From Octopus vulgaris (taxonomy: Eukaryota): 64,000 bases of DNA. The stretch lies in contig OX597819.1 in assembly GCA_951406725.2 (NCBI GenBank), positions 53,134,001 to 53,198,000 of the forward strand. Reading direction: 5' to 3'. The notes beneath the pieces are model-generated. The model did no database searches, was not told the origin of the DNA, and saw only the letters and a program-made list of their open reading frames with translations. This document shows positions 54,496-64,000 of the stretch, in pieces (the stretch's first letter is position 1; each line of letters opens with the position of its first letter). The position numbers and the translations under genes are program-made.

Positions 54496-54900
54496 TTATA
54501 AGAGGAAAACCCAGGAGTCTGAATTAATAATACATCATGTCTCATCAGCCCATTGCCTCTGCAACAGCAAGAGTGGGTGGTGTCTTCTAGAGGGATGTCT
54601 TCTCATTGAGACTGAAGTGGCAGTGGTGGTGATAGAGGCAGTAATGTACTCAATAACAGCAACAGTTACAATTCTACCATGCAGTATGACAGTCTTTTTA
54701 TTAGTTATGTTTTTCTTTTTCCTATCTTTTTGTTTTGCAATGGCGGTAACAAGATGCAAAAAAAAAAAAAAGGACAAAAATGAAACAAAGAGGCAAAAAG
54801 GGAGGAGAATAAAGAAGAAGTTTCTAGAAGAGCGAATGAGGATGACTGCAAGAACAATAACCATTAAGAAGTTGTTGTAGCAGCAGCATCCAGGCAGAAT
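54496..54900 (-). other. Candidate 405-nt 5'UTR or first-coding exon of the minus-strand host gene
   Basis: Acceptor tttccctttgttatattttaaag| and donor TAA|GTAAGT; unique sequence; possible ATG at 54545 (MRHDVLLIQTPGFSSY, phase 2). Confidence 0.35.
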
Positions 54901-56224
54901 CTTTAAAATATAACAAAGGGAAAAAAATTAATAAAAAGATAATGAAAAAGAAATACTAATCACTATAACAGTAATTTTCCCAAATAATCTCAAAAGAAAA
55001 TCCTCTATCTTCTCCTGCCCCATGTCAAAAACTTCACAGCTTCTATGTGTGGAATGGTAATTAAATCTTAGTTCTCAGCTTGTCAGGTTTCAGTGCAAAG
55101 CCTGACAGTAACTTATATTTCCTCTCTCATCTCAGCCAACATCTCCACCATTACCACTACCACTGCCGCCGCCGCCACCACCCTTTTCATGCCACATAAA
55201 TGATTTTTCTCTTTAACCCCCTACTTAATTCATATCTGCTCAATTTCTATTTACTATCTGAAGGAAAAAAAAAAAAGATGAGAAACACTGCCAGGATGAT
55301 GAGAATAACAATTTCCACCTACCCCTGTTGCTTCTTTAATTAGTCTTTACAACATCATCTTTATTTTCTCTGTTATAGCCCAACAGATCCTAGCCTTGGA
55401 ACCTCAGCAGTACTTCTCTCATCAGCAGTGCCCCTACTTGCCAGTAACCCAAGTGGAAATTAACATCCTGACTCTCTGCCCAGCTGGAGATAACCCAACA
55501 CTGACTATTTCCCTTTCACTGCACTGCATGGTGTATAGATTATCTCTTGTTCTTTGAAAGTATTAACACCACTGCAATTGAGCACGTATACACTGGAACA
55601 CACACACACACACACACACACACATACGTGCACACACAGATTATTGTTGATGCCAGTGGCATACCAGCCTTTAAGGTTTATTAATCCTTACAACAGAGCT
55701 AAACTTCACAAGACAAAGTAGCATGCTAACACAGACGTTACCCAGAGTGTACTGAACAAACACAACAACGTGAAGGAATAAATAAAAAATTTAGGAGGAG
55801 GGGAAAACTTTCTCAAAAAAGCCAGTTAACAAATAACAGAAGAGAATGAATGAATGAATGAATGAAAGAAAGCAAGAAAGAATATATTCCGAAAGAAGCT
55901 GAGAAGTACAGAAAGCCAAAGAGGCTTCTTTGGCTGCATATGGATAAAGTAGAGATAGTCTTGGAGGAAAATATATGAAGGAAAAAACAAACAGAACCAG
56001 ATGGAAATGGAAAAGAAATTATAAGACTTTAAAAAAAATTATTTTTTTTTACAGAATTTTAAAATTTAGTAAAGTAACACAATTACAACAAACAAAATAA
56101 GGAGTTAAAACGCAAAACAAAAAGAGAGAAGGGAAAAAAAAATAGAAGAATGACATCAAACAAACAATAAATTTTCATCTCTATCTACATTCGGTGGTGT
56201 GTAGAGAGTGAAATTATAAATAGC

Positions 56225-56255
<31 letters not shown>

Positions 56256-56586
56256 ATACAGAAATGCAGAAATAAATAGAAAGATAAATTAAAAATAAAT
56301 AGAAAAACTCTTGAAAACATGTTTAAATTATATGTACTTCAAAATAGACAGGAAAAAAACAGTGTTTGTCAGGTAAAACATATTTCATTGAAGCTCTCAT
56401 ATATCACCAGTGTACATATACAACTCATCTAGATATGCCATTCCCTCAATCCTATATATACATACACATATATACACACATGTGCTTACATGTATGTACA
56501 CACATATACATGCAAGTATATAAATATGTATATACACACACACACACAAATATATAAACGTATATACACACACAAATATATATATA

Positions 56587-56877
56587 TCTTTTATCTGTTT
56601 CAGTCATTAGATTGTGGCCATACTGGGGTAACACCTCGAAGTATTTTTAGTCAAATGAATCAACCCCAGTCCGTTTTTTTTTTTCAAGGCAGGTACTTAT
56701 TCTATCAGTCTCTTTTGCCAAACCACTAAGTTACAGGGAGGTACACACATCAACACCTGTTGTCAAGCAGTGGCAGGGGACAAATAGTCACAAAGATACA
56801 CCCAAGGTGTCATAAAGTGAGATTGAACCCAGAACTATATGTTTGGGAAGCAAACTTCTTGCCACACAGTTACACGC
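56587..56877 (-). mobile_element. Internally deleted family-A SINE
   Basis: gtttcagtcattagattgtggccatactgg..cccaaggtgtc..gattgaacccagaac. Confidence 0.8.
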
Positions 56878-57077
56878 AATTGAGGTAGTATTAAATTTAA
56901 CCATCTCTGTATCATACTTTAAGTGTATACACCATTGATAGGCCAGTTACTGCAGTATTTATCTTGAGATAACATCCTTTATGGACATACTGTGTTAAAA
57001 ACACAATAAATATTAAATGAAAAAGAACACTCATCCTAGCAGCAGTTAGCAAGCAGGTGACTAGCTGTGAATGCATA

Positions 57078-57449
57078 CAAGGTCTGATCAACAAGTATCC
57101 GGACTGTTGCTATAGTAACAAAACTAAAGCACAGAGAGTAAAGCCGCTTGACACAGACTGACCTTGAACTCTATTGTGAATGTGTACTAAGTTCTAATGT
57201 TCAAGCTCACTTCCACCGTTTACAACAGTGCTTGGAAGGAAGGTGTGTAGTGTGTGATTGTCGCATTGACCACACGCAATACACCTTCCTTCCAAGCACT
57301 GCTGTAAATAGCAGAAGTGAGCCAGAACATTACAACTTAATGCATATGCACAGAGGAGTTTGAGGTCAATCTGTGTCATGCACCTTCACTCTGTGCGCTT
57401 TAGTTTTATAACTATGGCAATAGTCCGGATACTTATTGATCAGACCTCA
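57078..57449. mobile_element. Fully palindromic mariner-type MITE (372 bp) with TA TSD
   Basis: TA-caaggtctgatcaacaagtatccggact ... agtccggatacttattgatcagacctca-TA; arms pair to the centre at about 57265. Confidence 0.93.
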
Positions 57450-57489
57450 TATCATTAAAAAAGACCCCAAAAACTGAAATGCATTTGGC

Positions 57490-57780
57490 ATTCTCTTCAG
57501 CACACCCCTTTAACTTAGACTGCATGGCACTGCCACCCAAGTGTCATCCCCAAAATGCATCACAAATCTACATCAGATGCTCAGTCTTCTCTTTTGCATG
57601 CCATATCTGATTCCACTGATACTCAGATTTTTTCTCTCAAAAGATTTGTACTCCATCACTCAGGCACATTAAAATTACACATCCAGGAGGCCATGCTCAG
57701 CTTATTTCTTCTCAGCCTTTCCACAATCTCCAGATTTAATGACCCTGTACACTACTGTGTAATATTACACTTCATACTCA
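57490..57780 (-). mobile_element. RTE LINE 3' ORF fossil
   Basis: NLEIVERLRRNKLSMASWMCNFNVPE*WSTNLLREK resembles RLERNExSMLRWMCxV..LREKL. Confidence 0.7.
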
Positions 57781-58092
57781 AACATCATACAATCTGCCTT
57801 TCACTTAAATCCCTTCTGCCAGCAAATTTTATAAATCCATGAACTTCTACTTGGATTTTACTGTTTACTATTAGTTTCACAACACCAACAACACACTTCC
57901 TTTTGCACTGGCAGGAAGGAAAGACTGCACGTGTTCAGGGACACCACCATCATCAGGTGTTTTGATATCTTTAACAGAATCCACTCTATTACAATAAATA
58001 AAGCCAAATCTCCAGTTCTCTTCCTCTGACTATATTCCCCCAACTTATGGCTGTTCAAACTGAATCTCACATGCATTAATCTCACCCATCTG

Positions 58093-58212
58093 TGCAGTTG
58101 TCAACCTTGGGCACTGAACCTGGAGACTGTGAAAAGACTAAGAAGACATGAGCTGAGCATGATCTTCTGGATGTGTAAATGTAAGCATGCATGAATGATG
58201 GAGTATAAATGC
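58093..58212 (+). mobile_element. RTE LINE fragment, same region as the previous one in opposite orientation
   Basis: WALNLETVKRLRRHELSMIFWMC. Confidence 0.7.
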
Positions 58213-58645
58213 TGCTCCTCATCCTCTAACTTGTAAAAAACAAAGCAAAAAATACAGCAATTCAGAGAAATAAGAGCCATTCAAGTAACTGTTGAAGTGA
58301 CATAAATGAGATCACAATATTATTTACTATATTCTAAAGCTTGTAGTAGCAAGGAGACATTTTCTCCGCACAACAATCTTCTATTTCAATAAAACTGGCA
58401 CAAACCTCCTAAGGTCATTTATATAGTATAAACCACCAAAATAAGCTAAACTAACTGTATTCATTAAACTGACACATGGCAATAATGCTTCATTATTTTG
58501 ACTCATCAAATATTGATTACAGATAATAAGAAACATTTCCCTTTCATCCATCATTAAATCATGTTGAATAGAGACATTCATTACGCATACTTATATATTT
58601 ATGTGTGTGTGTATGTGTACATTTTATATACACACACAGAAATGC

Positions 58646-58676
<31 letters not shown>

Positions 58677-58776
58677 TCATACATACATATATATATATAG
58701 ACACATGCACATACATACACACAGCTATATACAGACAAACAGACAGATATATACACACACAGAGAACTATATACAG

Positions 58777-58827
<51 letters not shown>

Positions 58828-61800
58828 CATATATATACATATATACATATATATTACAGACTATTTATTCAAAGTAAGATAGAGAATGACAAACAGTCAA
58901 ACAAAATTAAAAATCAAAAGTCTTAGCAAGATTTGTTCTAATCATCGTCATTAATCATTCAACGTGGTTTGAATGGTTCAGATATTTTTCAGAATATTAT
59001 GTTGCAGGTTTATTTTAAAGACTATAGCTCCTTGAAATCACTTACAATTCAGCAGCAGAGTAAGTGAAATCAGTAGTAATTTTACAAGTAAATACAGTGA
59101 GACTAGTTGAGTAATGAGCCTTGATTAAGGACACAATACATGCTTTGAAAGGTATTGATGGTGTCAATAACATTGATTGGTCAAACAGTCCACTTGTATT
59201 TCCCATCACTGTGTAAGAAACTCCTTGAGCTAATAGTGTTTCCACTCCATTTCACTCAAGCTGATCAATACCAGAAATGTTCAATCTAACAGCAACACAT
59301 TCAGTACTGCAATCATCTACTCAAAAGATTAACCGTAATCATAAAAACCCTCAATTAGTAAATAGAAATTCTCCTTCTATGTTCAATGCAATTCTTAATT
59401 AATTCCAAATGATTTAATTGTAATTTACCAGCATAAAATTTCTGCAACAGAAGGTTTCAAATGTCAAAAGTTTCAAGAATAGATACAATGTCTTGCTCAA
59501 ATTCTTCAGATAGTTTTGGGAACACTTCCTTCAGAAGTAAAAACCACTATAACTTATCAAAAGTGTTTAATGTATCAAGAGGCCACTCAAGTGGCCCAAA
59601 TGCACTTCAAGTACTTTCACCCTCCCATTTGATGGGAGCAGGCATGTCCTTATGTTTAAGGAGTTTGTTTCACAATCATATGATTCCAAATTTACTCCCA
59701 TTGTGTAATAACTTGTAAAAATGTAATCCATAACTTGGATTGAACAAAAGCATTTTGTGCAAAATTAGGAACAGAGAAACTCTATAGAAACCTCCCAGAA
59801 GAAGGGCGTATATTCTGGGTGGGCTAGGTGTGTACTGCACACCCATCGAAAATGGTAAATTCATTACAAACATTAACCTTACTTATTACTTTAATCACAA
59901 ATCTTAAAGGAAAACTTTTGTTATACTCCTGCTTGAAATTTGGTTACACTGGGTGCGGCAGCACACCCAAAGCAACCACCACCATACACTACTGCCCAGA
60001 AGGGGTATAAATGTTCTTCAGCAATAGACTTTAATCTTCTGCCCAGTTTAACACTATCTGGCTTTCAGCAGAATACATACTCTTTCAAGAATTTGGGTTT
60101 GGTTTTAGGATAGCTTATCAGTGATGTTTTCTCCCCTACTACTATCACTATCACTTTTGGAGATGCACCAAAAGGACATGGCCACTCCCCTCATCCTCAA
60201 ACTAAGTCATAGAGAGTGGGGAGAGGAATCAGACACTCATTTTACTTTTCTAATAATCCAGGCTCTAAACACATTTTGTTTGTGAATCAACAGCAATTAA
60301 TCTTTCTCACCTATTAAATTTTAAATAAAATGTTTAATTTACATTAATATAAATAAACTAGATTGACCTCATTATAAAACATAGCACTTTTCAAGTGTCA
60401 TTAAGATAACAATTCTAGAGGCTGGTAGAAGATTACTCTATGTACTTAAATAAAATTTTGTTCATACTTTACAGGTGAGAAAGAGTACCTAGTTATGAAG
60501 AATACTACACCCAAAGTAATGCTACACTACACTAGTGAAACATCTAACTCTAATCACACAGGAAACAAACATGAATCATCTCAAAATCTATATTAATAAA
60601 AATAAGAAGCCACAACAGGAGCAGCGTAGTTCCTGAAATGACAATCAGAACTACCTAACCAACAGACTTAGCAGTGATCACAGAATACCTCTGTTTGGCT
60701 GGTCAATCTACTTGAAATAGCAGTCATATCTCCATTAAAACACATCTTAAAAGATGAAAACAGCGCATTTGATATGTTGCGAGACACAATTAAGGAGGGG
60801 AGGGGGAAAAAGATAGTTAAATTCATGACTGTAACATTTTGATCCAACATTTATTCAATCAGAGTTGACTTACAGCTAAATAACAACAAGAACAACAACT
60901 ACATTTCCCCACTTGAGTGATCATACATTCACAGCTTTAATAACATGTGAATTATCTGCTGTGTATACCCTACAATAACTTGAAAGTGAGAAACCAATAA
61001 ATGATCTTAGCCTCTGCTTCTATCTCTATTATAAACTGGAAGTGCTCAGAGCTTTTCTTGAAGAAACTACACAGGATTAGGGAAAATCTTGTTAATATTA
61101 ACTATTTCAATAGATTTAAGTCCATGTGTCTATATAAATCCTTACAAGGAACTATTTACTATATAAGGATTTTGTTACTAGTTAGGAATTTAGGCTAACA
61201 CCTAAGTAATACTTTAATAACAGAAGTGCTCAAACCAGTTGAGACAAGAATATAAATATACTCGTAGAATAAAGCCATCAGATATCTTATAAATGACTTG
61301 TTTAATTACAGGTCAACCATGATTCAGCAGACCCATAATCAAAGGCCTTCCAGCTGTGACTATCCAGTTATTTAATTGAATTTTTTTCCCCCCTGATACT
61401 GTATATTCTCAGCTTACATTATACAATCCACACCTCACACACACCTCTTTCTTTCAAATAGCAAATGATGACTGTGGATAAGACATACAGGACTTTAGAT
61501 ATGTGTGACACAGGCTCACCAGTGTGTGGACACACGTGATGCCATATGAAGGAGGGGTTAAATAGGCTTTGTGTCTCAAGGGTAAGCTCAGGAGAGAAGG
61601 AGACTACAAGAGTAAACTGTAAATAAACCAGAAGAAGGCAATGGAGAAACAACTGCTATATCTTTGCTTAAAAAAAATATCATGAATCTTTAACAGGGAG
61701 GTACATGATCGCTGACACCTAAAGGCATGACACATGAATAAAGAGAGAAACAAAATATCCCATAGGTGTCTTCAGCACTACAATTCATCTATATGCAATT

Positions 61801-61919
61801 TATGTATCTGCAGGAAAAATAAATTGCCATATTTAACAGAACACAATGCCAACAAAAACCAAAACATAATACATCATATTTTAGTATAAGCTCTCTTTAC
61901 ACACACACACACACACACA

Positions 61920-62290
61920 TTGTTTTAAATTACCACTTTTGTATGCACACATGGGTCAGACAAATTTTGCCGAGGTGGATTTTCTATAGCTAAATGTCAT
62001 TCTTGACACAAACCCTCACCTTTTCCAAATAAGGTAACATTTCCCCATGGCCAGATATCTCTCAGAAGATTTCACATAAAGGATATTTCTTGCATGATGG
62101 TGACACTTGCTTACTGTCACACAATGTCACGGTAAAGAGACAGTAGAACACACATGCACGTGCCAAGATCCTTTCTATTTCCATCTACCAAATTCACTCA
62201 CAAGGCTTTGGTTGGGTGAGGCTAGAGTAGAAGATACTTGCCCAAGGTGCCATGCAGTGGAACTGAGCCCAAAACCATGTGGTTAGGAAA
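61920..62290 (-). mobile_element. Family-A SINE variant
   Basis: atgggtcagacaaattttgccgagg..ccatctaccaaattcactcacaaggctttgg..gcccaaggtgccatgcagtggaactgag. Confidence 0.8.
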
Positions 62291-64000
62291 CAACTATAAG
62301 AAAACTGCTTAGATGGCAACATATATATTTTCTTTTATTTCATTATTATTATTGGCAATAATAATGAAATCAAGAAAATACAAAAAAAAAAAAAACCCCC
62401 CCCACAATTTTTTAATAGTGAGGAGGGGGGAATGCACTTTTAAAAGAAACAATGTCTTAAAAAGCCAGTGTGTGTGTATTCATTAGAATACATTGCCGAA
62501 TGGAAGGAAGCAAAATTCTTGAAATTGAAACAGGTCTTTGTTTCCTTGCATTTCTTGCCCACACAGAATGTGTGGGAGTGGGGAGGGGATTAATTGGTGT
62601 CTGCTGATTTCAATAGTTGCAGAGCATAAGTGAAACCATAGGAATGAATGGTGGAATAATACAATCAGGAAAGGAAGCACAATTACACTACTACAGTAAG
62701 AAGGTGTTGTGTCAATATATATACATATATATATACTATTAAGGATAGAAAAACAAAAAATACAAAACCCCATCAATTGTTTAAAAGAAATAGAATAAAT
62801 TAGAAATAATATTTACTTCAAAATCACCTTTATTGATTTTTCTAACAAAAGTAATATAATTTACAATTAAATGTTTGTGTTTAAATTACTTTAATACATA
62901 AAGATATATAAGTGACAAGATCGAGCAAGTAAATGTGTGTCAACGAAAGAGGAAGGAGGCGGAAATGAACAAAAAAAAAATAATAATAATAAGAGTTGCA
63001 GAAGTGGTTATTAATTCTGACAAAGTATACTACTAGCAAGACAAAAATTCTAGTGTCACTTAATCTTTGGTTCTTCTCACTTCAGGTCTTTTTCTAAAAT
63101 CAATTATCTTGCACCAATACAAACCATTAAGTAGCAATTAATTCTACAGGGACACAGCTCAGAGACAACAAACTAACAGTTCTCAAGACTTGCACGGCCA
63201 GTACTGAAAATGCCTCTCACCACCTTTTTATGGGTAATCAAGGTAAGGCATTGTTTTAGTGTAGTTATAAGGGATAGGAAAAGAGCTGAACTAAATTTAC
63301 AATATTTAGATATGAACTTCTATATTATAGTTACAAATTCTGATGGGAGGTTTTAAATCTGCCTTACAAGAAGAGAACTGCAATTTTTGCATCATTTACT
63401 ATTTCCATGCATGTACAGTTATTCATTTGCATGCACACATGTGCATGTGTGTGTATGTACTGATTTGTTAAATGTGTGTTGTGCCTTATTCCCACACTTA
63501 TATCTAAAAATGCTGGGTTGTTGTGGTATGAATTTATTCCCAAGTTAATTATACTGGATTGTAAATTTAAGGATGGAATTATCTTCAACATCTTCATTAA
63601 TTTTTTTACCCTATTCTTTCATTAACATACAGAGTACATAAACAAACACATATATATGTGAAATGTTACACATATGCACAAACGCGTGTGTGTATACAAA
63701 CACAAACATACACATGTATGCAGACATACTTATATGCAACCAAATCTGAAATATACATGCAGAATTGATTTTATCAGACAAGTCAGGAAGTCAATAACTT
63801 CCCAATTCAGTTTCACTTAAATTTGTGCATGTACCTCTATAGTTCCTGTATGCATGTGTGCACATGTATTGGTATGCACTCGGGTCACTGTGTGACATGA
63901 TAAAGATATGTTAAGATGCTAGCTGCGATAATAACATTTTCTTATAGTGGCAGAGGGCCATATTTATAAAGGAGAAGTATACTTCATTGAACTGGCTCCA

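Noticed and set aside
56881-56890. TGAGGTAGTA, the first 10 nt of let-7
   Set aside because: The remainder does not match and there is no precursor hairpin
59000-59620. Possible transposase fossil on the minus strand
   Set aside because: No motif could be read convincingly

Overview
Eukaryotic, AT-rich, microsatellite-dense non-coding DNA. The SINE/MITE repertoire looks like Octopus (coleoid cephalopod); this is inferred from repeat architecture, not from a database match. No intact protein-coding gene can be called, and the six-frame ORFs are almost all microsatellite read-through. A/purine excess on + and several good minus-strand splice signals suggest the window is intronic or UTR sequence of a large minus-strand gene. 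Recognisable content: at least three tRNA-derived SINE families; RTE and CR1-like LINE fossils; a Penelope-like (GIY-YIG) fossil with an internal inversion; a Tc1 fossil with a nested, internally deleted piggyBac; hAT, mariner and piggyBac MITEs; and several long palindromes. The best lead is a head-to-head palindrome at 12480-12912 whose arms each combine a tRNA B-box head with a decayed minimal type-I hammerhead ribozyme. Boundaries of degraded repeats are approximate.
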